From: Ophelia neglecta
Taxonomy: Eukaryota
NCBI GenBank assembly: GCA_965285935.1
Contig: OZ260662.1
Span: forward strand, 25,668,001-25,732,000
Direction of reading: 5' to 3'
DNA length: 64,000 nucleotides
Shown: one piece after another, positions 39,501 to 53,007 of the stretch
Numbering within the stretch: the first letter of the stretch is position 1
Layout of the letters: each line of letters starts with the position of its first letter
Translations under genes and position numbers: made by a program
The notes under the pieces: model-generated
What the model saw: only the letters and a program-made list of their open reading frames with translations
What the model was told of the DNA's origin: nothing
The model's database searches: none

Positions 39501-42391
39501 TGAACTTTAAAGACTTAAAGTCTAGACTACATAGTAAATCTCTGTCCCACTGTTGGTGTTAACATGTTCTGGGTCACTGCCTCCCTACCATCCAGGCGAT
39601 ACGATACGGTAGGGACACATGCCCATGTACTGTTATATGTATCAGATTTACAAAGGCATCAAACCTATCACGGAATGTTGACCCTGCAGTTAATTTAATG
39701 CACTTACTTAGCAGTTTATTGACGGCTATCAAACTATGTAGACATGTGTATGTGTACCTGTAAGAACATGTACATGTACATGTATACATACATATGTATA
39801 CTTGTACCTATAGCAGTGGTCTGTAATGCCAGCTACTGATCATAAGAGGGGGAGGGGGGGGGGGGGGAGGGTTCTGTACTCCCATAGTACCAGGTTACTG
39901 TTTGAAAACAGACATTTCCCAAATGCATGAAATAATTGGCATTTAAAACCAGATTTCATACAGGAAATGAGCTACTTTCCTACATACTCATAATTAATCA
40001 CAATTCCCAAAGGGGCAGGAAAATTAAACCTGCTCCCAAGGCACAGTTAACAGGCTAACTGAACCATCCTTAAGGGCTAAGAACAGGCAAACGTGGTTTA
40101 ATAAGACTAGGCAAATCAAACTGAACATTCTGGATTTTGTTCAATTCAGAAGATTGTACCAGAGATATTAAACCAGCCTTATTATAGATTGATCTATAAT
40201 CTTTTTGGCTTTGGCATTTGTGACTGTTTGCTATTGTCGTCTGCTTCTACAAACCCAGTGCCTTGGAAGATACGTGGTCATAAAACCATGAATTAATCAA
40301 GTGAGATCCTAGTTACAGCCAGCTACATGTACAGGTATTAGGCTGGATTAGATAGTACTAGGTAGGCTAATAATGTCAGAGTCAGGTGGCTTTATTGATA
40401 CTGACACCATACCTATTACATACCCAACACTCTTGGGCCTCGGCTGTGATACTGGGAGACTGGAAGCTCGGAGAGTATGGCAAAATAAACACTATGTTAG
40501 CAGTGAGAAAAAGGCTACCTGGCAAATACAATGCATCTGTGTGAAAATGACAAAGCCTATACATACCTTAAAAAATAGTCCTACAGCAAAGAACACTGGC
40601 AGCTATTCCAGGGTTCTTAAATTCACCAATGAAAAGGATTTCTAAAAGGACAAATCCATATTGATGCACGAATAAGACACATATAAATCTGTGACAGACA
40701 GGATCCAAGCCTCAACTGACTGACTGACTGAGTATGGACTGGCTGTCAAGTTGTCATATCCAATAAATCTGTTCAAAACCACCGAAATCAGCTGCAGCTA
40801 AATTTTAAGGTAAAACTGGTGTGTCGTCAACAAATTCCAATAGGGAAGAGATGGTAAGATTTGCTGCAGTTACTGGTGGTGGGGTGAAGCATTGAGGCTG
40901 TGCACACTGTAGCACATGGACTTGTCAGCTAACAGCTGATGAATCAATGTGGCAGGGGCACTGAAGGCATTACGGCTACCACCGCTAGCACCGCTAGCAC
41001 TGTCAGTGTGTGGGGTGGTTTGCCATGTGGTGAGCCAATGAGCCAATGAGCAGTGTCGGCTGGCAGGAGCTCAGCCGTGCCTTGCCAACATGTAAAGCCA
41101 TGCATGCACACATGAATACTTCATTCACAAGGTGTTTAATATAAATGAGCCCGCAGTCTGGGCTGCTCTTTTATGGGCTGTTTGACAATGGCAGACGCAC
41201 GAGTTTCTATCAGATGACATTATTATAATAATGCATGTTTAATGCATTGATCTGATTTTTTTAGCAAGCCTTCATGAAGACGTCAGGATATGATAAATAT
41301 TGCCTGTACTCTCAACATTGATTTTTCAAAACTGACAATTATGTCAAGGGTATATGCACATGACTGTATTTCTCAACTATAGAACATTCACTTAAATAAT
41401 ATTTCAAACATATTTTTACAGAATCCTAGCTGATAATAATATTGTCACCTTAGATTACAAATACGCAGAAATCAATCATATAAAAAATCAAAAGAAAAAT
41501 TACTATAATGTTCAATTGGCACAACATTTCAGGCAATGTCACACACTTCTTGCACCTCAATAGTTTTGTTTTTGTAAATACGCTTTCAATGACTAGAAGG
41601 ACTGCTGGCTTTAACACCATAAGGTTAACTTAACTATTAATCTGTGAACAGTTTTTAGTATGTTGCTTACAAATATTTTTAATCATTATTACAAGTTATT
41701 GCATTGTAATTGTTGCTGCTTCTAAGATGTAGACTGAAATTATGATACAATCGACAAGAGCCCTTGAGTGACAAGTATTGGACCCTCCCCACTGTCAAGG
41801 CTATGTCAGGGATAAAACTGTGTTAAATGAAACACAACACAAAACACCTTTATAACATACATCTACATCTACATGTTAAAACATGTTATATCTGGTTACC
41901 ACTAGGACATACACAGGTACATGTACATCGTTTTCCTTTTTACCTCTAATTGCATGTACATATCCATGTACAGTACATGAACATGTACACATACGTGCTT
42001 CTAAGAACTTGGTGAATAGAAAAGTAGTTGACCGGTTCTGCCTATTTAGTTTTTGTCTGTTTAATCTATGATTGGCCAACTACATAGCAAAACACCATTT
42101 AGGATGATAGTAGTTCTCTGTGGTCATCATAGGTAATAAAAGTAGTACAGCTGGAACTTAGTCAAATAAGTCAATCCTGAGTGTGGAAAAGAACAAAATG
42201 ATGGTGTATCTGTACTGCAAATGTACTTTTTTTTGGGGGGGGGGGGGGGAGGACTGAAATATTTGTGCAAACTGGTTCTGTAATGTTATGGTGAAATTAC
42301 CAACAATACACTTGGAAAATATGGAATATATAAAAGTCTCCAGGCGAGTATATGCTACTCACAAATTTCTGAATTGACAAGCAGAAGACTA

Positions 42392-42582
42392 CTGTAAATC
42401 CCTTATATTTCACCTGCCCTTTATTTCTCAAGGCTCAAAACCGCAAAAAAAAAAAATTAAGGACAATATAGGGATATAGGGACTAATTATAGACACATCT
42501 AAAATGGTTAAATTAAAGGGCAGCAAAATAATTTAGCCTCTTAAAGTGCAAACATTAAGGGCAATAAATATAATGTTTACAG
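42392..42582. mobile_element. TA-flanked MITE
   Basis: ta-ctgtaaa...tttacag-ta; related to 6356-6540. Confidence 0.6.
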
Positions 42583-44326
42583 TAGAGCATTATTATCATC
42601 ATTGGCCTACAGGGTCAGGTACAGACCTAAAAATGCTCCTCAATGATTAAGCAAGGTTATTTTTCTATGCTAAAGGCGTACCTTACTACTCTTAAGCCTG
42701 AATTAATTTGGTACAAATGAGTAGTTTCATGCAGGCTAAACTTGTTTCTCATGAATACATGTCAATTTACCAGTTAATAAATATCAGGCAGGAAATACTG
42801 ATGTATTTATGTTATTTTGTCAATAGGGTCAGTCGGGGATGATGTAATAATTCTAGTTCAGCCTGCTAGCAAGGAGGTGACAGCACTGCATACCAATAGT
42901 CTGCACTTGAATGTGGGGCTAGACTACAGATTTGCAGCGGTTCCATGTTCATTGCGAAACCTGTAGCTATCACACAAATGTGAAATTTACCTGAATGGAA
43001 AGCCCTCTAAAACGTTAATCATCCCTGAAAGTTTGTTTTGATTACTTCAATAAGCACTAAGTAAGGGCTTTTAAAACATCATTCCCATGTTAAATTCCCA
43101 TATGAACAGCTGAAAGTAGCCCCACTTATCCCAACCTTACCACTGCCTTTTAATTGCAATCAGCTTTGGAGGTAAGAAAAGTGGTTGTTGGTCAGCAGTA
43201 TGAAACATATCCGACTGGCCCTATTCATTCTAATCTATTCATGCCACAGTTCACTACACAGTACTACAAAAATTCAAAATTTTGATTAATGTTTTATTTT
43301 TCTCAACTTAATGAGAGGTTATTTATTACTAAAAATTTCATTATAAAATGCCTAGATTGCAGAAAGACTATATTAACAACCAATGACAAATGCTTTTACT
43401 ATAATGAATAAACTTATTATTATCCATTACTACAGTAGTATGAGAGCACAGATCTCCTAAAAGCCCATAAGTTTGAGTAATTTAAATATTTCATTTTGGT
43501 CATCTCCATCTTATGACAAGAACCTTGCACTTCAGAGAAAGGAAACGATAATATACTAGTCACTTAAATTGGATAGTAAGAAAATTGCATCACTGATGTT
43601 ATCACTTAAAGCTTCCCAAAAAGAACTTCTCAATAATACAATACAGCACAGCCTCCTTCATGGAACAAATGACAAAATGGACAATCAACCGAGCAGAACA
43701 TAATACATACAAATCAGCCAAACATGAATTGTATAAGTAAATGCCAAATAAATAAATGCTATTTTGTAATCAGTCGTTATGTTAAGTTTGTGAATTCATA
43801 AAGTGGCATACAAGTTATGAGTGGGTGGCTACATTACTGTTTCTTTAAATTTCACCCTGGTTTACCCGACATTGTGTTGGCCCACTGCTGTGTTTTGAAA
43901 TCTTTTCCTAAAATTATAAACAGTCATTCACAATGAGTGAATATATGGTTGTCTCAGCTGAGAAGCAAACTCACCACACCTGGACCAGTGATTTTGCTGG
44001 GTTAAGAATTTATCAGGATATCTGTCCAAAATTCAGGACATTCTGCATATTTTCAGGACACTTTAATGGCACACAAAAAATATTAAAAAATAACTCACAG
44101 CTGATTAAATTTAATGAAATTCAATGATTTTTTTTACAGATGTTTTACATAGATATACTGCAATATACACTATATGTATACATGACAGTAATAATGGAGC
44201 TCGAGGGAGTGATGGTGGGTGAAATGTATATAAACCTATGTGCCTGACCGCAAACAAACCCCTCTTCCAGCATTCCACAATGTCACAATACTGGTACACA
44301 CATGTTTCACCTGTCCCACTACTATT

Positions 44327-44776
44327 CAGGGCTTTTTTTCAAAGGAGGGGGAAGGGGCCCATAGCCTATCAGGAGGGGAAAATTGACTCGTAGATTTTTA
44401 CAAAAGGGGAATATTACAGAAAATTCAAATTAGCTTAAAATTTCAAACCGTCTTTTAAAGAGCATACATGCTTACGTGAAAAGCGCGTCTGGCATGAAAA
44501 AGCGCAACTCACTCTTGTGTCATAGAGTAGTTGCACATGCGCAGTGAATGTCGTAAAATGTTGTGATAGTTTAAATTTAGTACACATCGAATATAGCTTT
44601 TCAAGTTGGCATGATGTAATGTTTATGTTGTTGATAACAGTTATAGATTATTTAAAGAGGGGAATTTTTCTCTGGAGGGGATTTTTTTATTCAGAGCTGG
44701 GGGAAAAAATTAAGCTTTGTTTGGGAGGGGAAGACGCCCGTGTACAGTGTCTGTTTCTTAACGAAAAAAAGCCCTG
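44327..44776. mobile_element. hAT-like MITE
   Basis: Perfect 14-bp TIR cagggctttttttc / gaaaaaaagccctg; no clean 8-bp TSD. Confidence 0.65.
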
Positions 44777-46350
44777 CCATTACTTGGTCTTTCTGGGACC
44801 AAATATCACTCTCTGATCTTGAGCACAGGCAGTTTGGCCTGGCAATTTGGTTCTTTTCAATCCACATGACAGACTGAACTGCACGGAGCATGGGAGATTT
44901 TCCCGGTAGATGGTAGGTAGGAGAAAATAGAAATGTAAATAAACATCTGCTGGATTTAGCCAGGACAAACGACATAAAACAAAGTATAGTTATCTATTTC
45001 TATGTACGTTATAAAAGAGCTGTAGTGATTCTGACTGGTTACCAGGCAGCAGAAACCATCCGACAAATGTCTGGAACCTTTTTAAAAGTTTAGGATATTA
45101 ACCATTTTTATGAGCAAATGGCCGATGGCCGACAGCAAACAAAATCACTGACCTGGACTGATTGTCATAGCCACCTGAGTGCTCTACTATAAAAATATTT
45201 CATAATTTTCCACAAAAAAAGTAGCTTAAACCATAACCTGTAGTTGATGATATATCTTGTTCAAGATGAATTTGCTTAGAGAGTCTGCAGTGATTGAACT
45301 AAGCACCATTACTATAAATGATAATCAATTACTAAAAATTAATGCAAATTCAACTACTACCAAACTAGTGCAATTTTAATCACAATGCCATTATTAAAAT
45401 GCAGTTACGATACATGCTTCGTCACTGACCTACTCTTGAGGGACACGATGGAAGGAAAAGGAGGGTCATTAATGCACTCGGGCATACATCATCATAGTTG
45501 GTTACTACTTGACTTTGTAAAAACACTGCAGGACCAGCACTGGTTACATATTAAATCAGTATTTACTATGCCTGACTGCCACTTTACTATCTTACAAAAA
45601 GGGAATGTTATGAGATTCTGATTTTTTGTTATAAAATGAACTCAGCCTTTACAGCTAATGTCAGACTACTAGACTGAATGTTGTTAAAACTTGGCCAGAA
45701 TAGTAACCTTCAAGGTAAACTAGCTAGTCCCATAACAGATGAGAATTTAGGCCAAATCTCAATTGTTGCGGGCTTATGTCATAACCACTGATTTGTGACT
45801 ATTTAACTTACGCGAATAAATCAGCATTTTCAACGCTGGATTGTCAATTAGTTAAATCTGAAATAAATAGCGAATAATGGAGTCTGATCCTTTTTGATAA
45901 AATGAACATGACAGATGAAAATGTTATTTGTTTTGAGTTTAAAGCTTACAGAGCAATCCTTAGTTGACTCTTTTAAAAGAGTACCTGTGTTTTAAAATAG
46001 AAAAGATAGCAACTTAAAGGAAACTTCCTCAAGCACTGGACAACAGAGTGACAGTGACGCACGTTTATGATTGGATGAAAACCATGCCCGACTGCAAGAA
46101 TAAAAGATGCCTTAGTCTAGTTTGAGGAAAATTATTAGCTTCATAGCCTGTGACATATTTGATTTAGGTTGAGTTGAAAGCATGTTAAGCAATTCCTATT
46201 AGATTTTTATGGAACAGAAAAGATGTCAACTTCACCAAGTGCTAGACAAGGGAGTGACTGTCATGGGCGCTTCAGCGGGCTAAGCACCATACCCAACTGC
46301 TAGATACAGTACAGTGCATGCAATACACACTCGACACGGCATATATTACA

Positions 46351-46662
46351 GGGGGGGGGGTAATTTTGAACAATGTAATCGTCCTTTTTAATTATTCCTG
46401 AACTGGGAATTTGAGGTTTAATTCCTTGTGAACCAGGATACGACAACTGTTCGTGATTCTGTTTTAAGGATATTCATTTCTGTGACCTGGGTATGTTCTG
46501 TTTAATTTCCCGTGACTAGGTATCACTTTTTCAAACTATCATGATTCGGTAAATACCCTATCCCTAATGGCATGAAAAATGCAGCTTCAAACATCCGTGA
46601 TTCGGGATTTGCCCATTTTTCAAGCTTAAAACTGGGAACGGGTACCCCCCTTACCTCCCCTC
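46351..46662. repeat. ~300-bp dispersed repeat, inverted partner of 47951-48270
   Basis: aaacatccgtgattcgggatttgcccatttttc is the near reverse complement of gaaaaatgggcatatcccgaatcacggatgttt. Confidence 0.8.
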
Positions 46663-47950
46663 ATGACAGGCTACAGGCAAGTGTTAAATAAAACAGTCAA
46701 GAAAATCATCTTACAGTTAAGACTAAATGTTCATGAGTAACAAATTGCAGGAAATTGATATACCTTATTTCCATAGTGCTGGCAATGGCAAATATAATGT
46801 TAAATTGCACATTTACGAAAAGCTTTGAAGGAGATGTTCGGACTTGCACCGGTTGCCTGGGAATGCAGGAAGTTGACAGCGAGGGCCAAATATGTGCAAA
46901 ACAGGACGGTGTCAATTCTATGGATAGAAGTACCCGTTTGCACAAAACTGACGTACTACTAGGGGTCCTCATAGGATAACAAAATTTGTTTTGCGTCAAA
47001 GAGGAACCACGCACTAGATCCGCTGGCCTCGGCAATAATAACAGTGTCTTAGTGGATAATTAAATAATTAAATTGTATCACGTTTTTAGTTTTATTCCTT
47101 CCAAGCGCAGTTTGCTTAATTTATTCACTTTATTTACTCTCACTAGGCCTAGAGGTCTATATGGTTTTCTTATTTTCCCCCTGTGCGGCTCGGCTACTGT
47201 GAAAATTTAAAAATCTCGCTGTAGTAGGTTAAAAAATTCACAGTCCGAAGCAAATCACTGCGAAATGACTTTGAAAGTTGGAATCCCTGCTATACTCTAC
47301 CCACCATGTGAAAATAATCACGCCTACACTCCTATACTGTGATATTTCCCTTCAGTTGCTGAAACTTCTGCTATTTCTAAATTATGTACGAGGGGAGTGT
47401 GGGTGCCATAATTGCATAATTGATATTTCTACGCACGCCAAAGCACTTGAATTAAGTTAACTTTGTTCAGTGGTTTTGCAGGGCACGCTTTTCGAGTGAA
47501 ACCAAAGGTAACTCCCCGGGCCCCAGGGGAAATATCCAGAACCAAAACTACTACTAGGATAACTGGACGTGATACACGCCTCGCACCTGCTCCAGATCCT
47601 CCGCACGATTTCCATGGTTACGGCGGTTCATAACCGTCCACGACCTGTCTGCACCCACCGAACTCATCGGCAATAAAACATTACAGATAGGAAAAACATG
47701 TAACCGGGAACAGAGGCGTTTAGCACTATATAGGCCTATCTCTGAGTGAAAGAAGACGAAAACCACCTTTATATATCTTTCTCAATTCGACCCAGTCGAA
47801 GTAAAAAGAAATACAATTAATGCTCAAAGCGTAAAAGCTCAAAGGACAACTGGGAATTGCCAACTATATAGACTATACACGGCTCTGCCAGTCTATGAAG
47901 GAGCATTTGCTCATAATATTGATCATAATTTATCCACTAGCTTCTTAGAG

Positions 47951-48270
47951 GAGAGGTTAGGGGGTCCACGTTCCCAGTTTGAAAAATGGGCATATCCCGA
48001 ATCACGGATGTTTTAAGTCCGAGGCAGCATTTTTCATGTCCGGCCGATTAGGGATAAGGTTTTCCCACTTCCCGATATGCCTGAATTAAAATAGTGATTC
48101 CCTAGTCACGGGACTTTAAATAGAACATTCCCGGCTCCAAGTAAATTCAAATCATCTTTGATCCCGAATCACTGACAATGGTCGAATCCCGATTCACAAG
48201 AAATTAAACCTTAAATTCCCAGTTCACGAATAATTATAAAGGCCGATCCCGATGGTCGGAAAACCCCTAG
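47951..48270. repeat. ~300-bp dispersed repeat, inverted partner of 46351-46662
   Basis: Several colinear reverse-complement blocks. Confidence 0.8.
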
Positions 48271-49939
48271 GCTTACCATTTTAACAAAATGCAGCTACTG
48301 AGTCTGTCAGATTACACATGATATTAGTAACCAAAATGTTTTATGTTATATTTACGTGAGCCAACAAAGATTGAGGCAATCTGCTGCCGAATCCCTTCAT
48401 CGAAAAACCAGTAGGCCTAAGGGTATAGTAATTTCTTTTTATTCCTGCGACTTATTTTTGCAACACATATTTTTGGAGACAAAAAGAGGTGTTTTAAAAA
48501 ATAGCTTTGTAATAGTTTGTACGATGAAATTCCGAAAAATTTATATATCGCAACATAGATATAGCACTAAGTCAGAGATAATAATTTGGCATTAGGCCTA
48601 CCAAAAATGAACAGGAATCATGATAAATGACATTTCTCATTTCTGGGATTGAAAAGTCAGCTGCCGATTAGGAATAGGCCTAGAGCTCGATCGTAGCAGC
48701 ACATTTGGGCACAATGTGTGTAGGTGAAACACATTGGGGCACTCCGAATGGGACTTATCGAAATGAGTTTAAGGAAGCTGCCTTCATAATTCGCCGTGCA
48801 AAATGAAGGAAATGTGGAGGCTTTGACCAACTGACAATGGGACATGTTAATTATGGCGGTGTTCGGGTGATAAACGCCTTAACCTCGCCTGTCCTCTTGG
48901 TACGAATCACTAGGCCTACATAGACTTCATCAGGCCGAACTCCTGTCAATTTTATATTCGGGATCTACTACAATGAGTTAATCGATGAGCTTTCGCTTGG
49001 CGGAAAATGTGTCCAAATCTATGGAATATACGTTAGAGTCATGTTGTTTCGTTGGTATCAACGGGACAGAGGCGCATGCAGTCCCTCTGGTACATCGCCT
49101 ACTAATTTACAGGCAAACGGCGATTTGATGACAAAACTTACAAACGAGAGGCACTTTTTTTGGGAACACATTGACTACTAACCCGTTTGTTGTGTTCTGA
49201 CCCGCATCATGGAAAACTGGTAAATGTTAGTACTTCTCAATGCAAGTGGTACCAAACTTATTTTTTTTATAAGGCCTAGGCCTAACATTTATTTGCCATT
49301 AAGTTCATTGGGTCCTTGAAAATAATTTAAGTAAATTATGTGTGTTGGCTCTGGCTGCTGATTCCTGATGACTAGGCCTATAGACCTATTTAAGGGACAT
49401 TCTCAACTAATGATTCTAGGCTTTGTCTGTCGGGTATCCACTCCCGTTTTTGCCTTTAAACAGACTTGCACATGGGTTTTTTATGCATGACTGAGATGAT
49501 CTCGGCTCAAGAATCAAAATTGATGATATTGGCTAGGCTAGTTAGCGCAGTCTTGAAAATGGTTTAAAATCCATTTATCCCTCCTTTCCCTTACCCCAGC
49601 CTTACAGACACTATTACTAATAACCCCTACTAAAGCTATACAATTGCAGATATATATTGGGCTACGGAGAAGAGAATCAATAAGCATATAATTATATTGG
49701 ATCACTGCCCATTTAGGACTGTAGCTGCACGATGCCTTCCATCCATGCACAGTCAGATTGGTCAAATTTGGAAATAGCTTGTTGAAACAACTAGCATAAT
49801 TGCATAATATAAAGTTGGTTCCAGGTCCGACATTCACATTCCAGTCACATAATCGCCAAGTCAGTGAGTGAACATGGTTATAGGGCTATTTAGTAGAGAA
49901 AAGTCGACTTTTATGTCAAATTTTGAATATGAAGCTGGC

Positions 49940-50116
49940 TAAATTCCAGCCTCACATTCGCTGAGAGTGAGGGACCTTGGGGCTTCTTCTCTCCTGACTT
50001 GGCGCGGTCTTTACAACCGGAAACGCTTCCTGCCGAGAGAGGGCGCACCCAATTAAAAATGTAATGAAAATGTCACCGAAATTATAAACAGTTAAAGCGT
50101 ATTATTTTATGACAAA
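49940..50116. promoter_or_regulatory. Likely GTPBP10 promoter/5'UTR, possibly bidirectional
   Basis: CpG-rich patch with ETS-like ACCGGAAA and CTTCCTG immediately upstream of the GTPBP10 ATG. Confidence 0.45.
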
Positions 50117-50161
50117 ATGGTTATGATAACCAGATGTTTACAGGCTGCCCCGATCAAGAAG
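50117..50161 (+). CDS. GTPBP10: GTP-binding protein 10 (Obg family), coding exon 1
   Basis: aaaATGG; MVMITRCLQAAPIKK; AAG|gtttgt donor, phase 0 into exon 2; gives a 386-aa protein. Confidence 0.72.
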
Positions 50162-52598
50162 GTTTGTAGGTCAATTTGATGAGTTTAGTAAGTCCAGCCC
50201 TCAGCTAAAAAGTGCCGAATTCATTATTAATTTACGCAAGTCTTGTTTTATCGCCCACTAACATGCGTCGTGCTATGCAGCAGCACTAGTCATTTGTTGT
50301 CCCGACCCTCCAAACCTCAGGTACTACAGGAATGGCCTTTTCGGCCTAGGGCAATTTTTGCGATTTCCCCACCACCTTGGCACGATTCCAGCGGCAAATT
50401 AATATGAAAAGGCAAAGCCTCAAACCGAGCGCAGAAAAGGACATGTTTTATTGATGTTTTAGCTAGATATTCTTTAATAAGCTAAGAGTATTTCATTCTT
50501 TTTTTTAATGAATGGGTAATTGCTTAATGTACACAACCTCGGGTTACGAGCCATCTCTCATGTGCGCTGTGCGCTAGCCGTAACGTGCGGTTGGGAAAAC
50601 GCACGTGTAATAGGCCTCGCAGTGAACGGAACCAGTATGGAACCCAAAGTTATTCCTGGTTAATCTCTCCTCGAATATTGCCAGGGATAGGTATGGGTAC
50701 TCTTTCATTATATGGATAAATGCTTTGTGTACACATATGTTACTGTAAGAGCCTCGCTTCGCGAAGCAGGCACTTCGGGCCTGCCTCGCTGTGCTCGGTG
50801 TTACAATCCGTGGGGGGAAAATGTGTGCATTACTGGGAAAGAAAATCACATGGTCCTGTAGGCCATGGGCCTATAGGGTCTATTCCATTTGGGAAATTTT
50901 GCTCTCCGCGGAGAGCTCTCCGCCTCTCCGCCGGAGAGGTTGCAAATGGAATAGGTTTGGAGAGCCTTCATTTATCGCCCAGAAACTGTTTCAGAAACGA
51001 ATCGTCGGAAATTAGAATAAACACTATCTTCAGGAATAAATTTGCATTTGCTATTTTATATACTTCTTGACTAATGACAGTAATTTTCCACATAAAATAT
51101 CAATCTTAACATCATGTCTAAAATTCAAAGCTCAAATATCGGCGGTTATCATTTCACTAAATATCTGGATAATGGTGTCTTCTGGGTAAACTCTCCGCAT
51201 AGACCCACCTGTCCAGACGGAGCGCCCGGACTGCTCCGGAGAGCTCTCCGCCTGTATTCTATTTACTGCGGACTGATCTGAGAAAGTGTCAATCATGACA
51301 GAAACCTTTTTCTTTCCTTGAAAATAAAACTACTAGAATAATCCCTTCCCCAAGATATTTCTTTTCACCAAATATTTAAGAATTTTATTAACGCCGGTCC
51401 CAGTAAACCCTTAAATTACACAAACTTGTTTATCTGCCACTCGCAGGAATCCAGGGCGGAATTGCAGCCTGGGGTAAATTTGAGCTGGTCCCCTCATTGG
51501 CTGAAAGTTTGATACTAAAATTTTAAACATCTCAGCCAATGAGGGGCACAGCTCAAGTTAAGGTTGAGGTGTTTCATGTCTCTTCTATGTATGAGAAAAC
51601 AACCACTTGGTTAGTACCATTTAACGCATGTTACATTGGTATGTTGATACAGGCCCCAATGGGCAAACTGCAAGGCACTAAAATGGTTACTTAACGGGTT
51701 TTAATACAGAGATAATAAAGCTTGATAAGTTTCAGTAAGATTAAGCCCCACAAATTCTCTTTACATTTAAAAAATGTCAGTTATATAAATTAGAAAATTA
51801 TGCTGGAAAGTGGAGGGAACATTTTTCACCATAGACTTAAATGAATAGAGAAGGCTAAATACTCCTCACAATTGACTCTTATTAATTTGAGTGGAGCTCC
51901 TGACTCAGGTTTCATTTTTTCTAGAAAAAACAGTGGGTGTTTTGTCACCAAGGGGTTGATCTAAGGGGACACATTACTATTCTGGAGGACTCTATTACAC
52001 ACTGTTATGTTAACATATATTTTATAGTCTAAAGAACTAGTCATTTGTTGCTCTCCCAGAAATTTCTCATGCAGTAAGTTTTCCAGTGCACAAAGCAGGC
52101 TGCATTTTGTGAAATTTTTAGACAGCTATGTCCACCAACTTTTAATGTACACATTTCTCTCCCATAGGGTGGGGAGGTTTTGTTGCTGGGGGTGGGGATC
52201 TCAAAGAATTAGACCAATCAAATAGTCCAATATAGCCCCAGGGGTGGGCATGTCCAAAATAATGAACCCTGCTGACTTATAGGTGACTCCTGTTATGACA
52301 ACAACATAATGCATTGGTAGTTTTGGAACAAGACTTCAAGCAGATGTGCACATATATTTATTTTCAATTTTCACCAGTTAACTAATCTGGCTTATTCTGC
52401 AAACAGGCTTAAGGCAATTTTAAGTTAAGACTGAAGGCTATTGTCAATCTTAACTGAAAATGCTCTAAATTCCAGTTAATCCACCGACCAGTTCCATGAT
52501 AGGACTTGAAAGCTGGTTTTTGGTATTTTCCCCATGATATATTACAATATTTGTGTTCGGCGAATGTCCCATTTATATTAAAGTTAATTCTGTTTTAG

Positions 52599-52792
52599 GG
52601 TCGAAAGTTCCTTGACAGCCTGCGTGTGTATGTAAGTGGGGGAGCTGGTGGTAATGGTCTACCTAAGTATGGTGGACACGGAGGTCCGGGCGGAAACGTC
52701 TACGTCGTGGGAGACGAAAACATGGCATTGAAGGATGTCTTGAAAAAATGTCCACAGAAACGATTCACTGCTGGAAATGGTGCAAATAGCAA
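52599..52792 (+). CDS. GTPBP10: GTPBP10 exon 2 (Gly-rich Obg fold)
   Basis: ttttag/gtaagt; FLDSLRVYVSGGAGGNGLPKYGGHGGPGGNVYV...KRFTAGNGANS. Confidence 0.95.
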
Positions 52793-52830
52793 GTAAGTTA
52801 ACATGAAAGCATACATCGTAATGTTATATA

Positions 52831-53007
52831 CAGTGAAACCTGCCTTACAGACCACCTCTATTATCAGACCACCTGTCAATTCAGACCACCAATATGAGGA
52901 TGCTGATGTATACTTTCAATGTTAATAACCTGTCTACACAGAGCACCTCCAAAATCACACCAGTATTCTCCAGTCCCTTTGGTGGTCTTAATTGACAGGT
53001 TTCACTG
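52831..53007. mobile_element. Tc1/mariner-type MITE
   Basis: TA-cagtgaaacctg...caggtttcactg-TA. Confidence 0.85.

Noticed and set aside
47554-47766. 70-aa minus-strand ORF as first coding exon of the CaaX protein (MNRRNHGNRAEDLEQ would join in phase 0)
   Set aside because: Weak donor (gtgcga), no homology recognised, 28 kb away; kept only as a candidate exon
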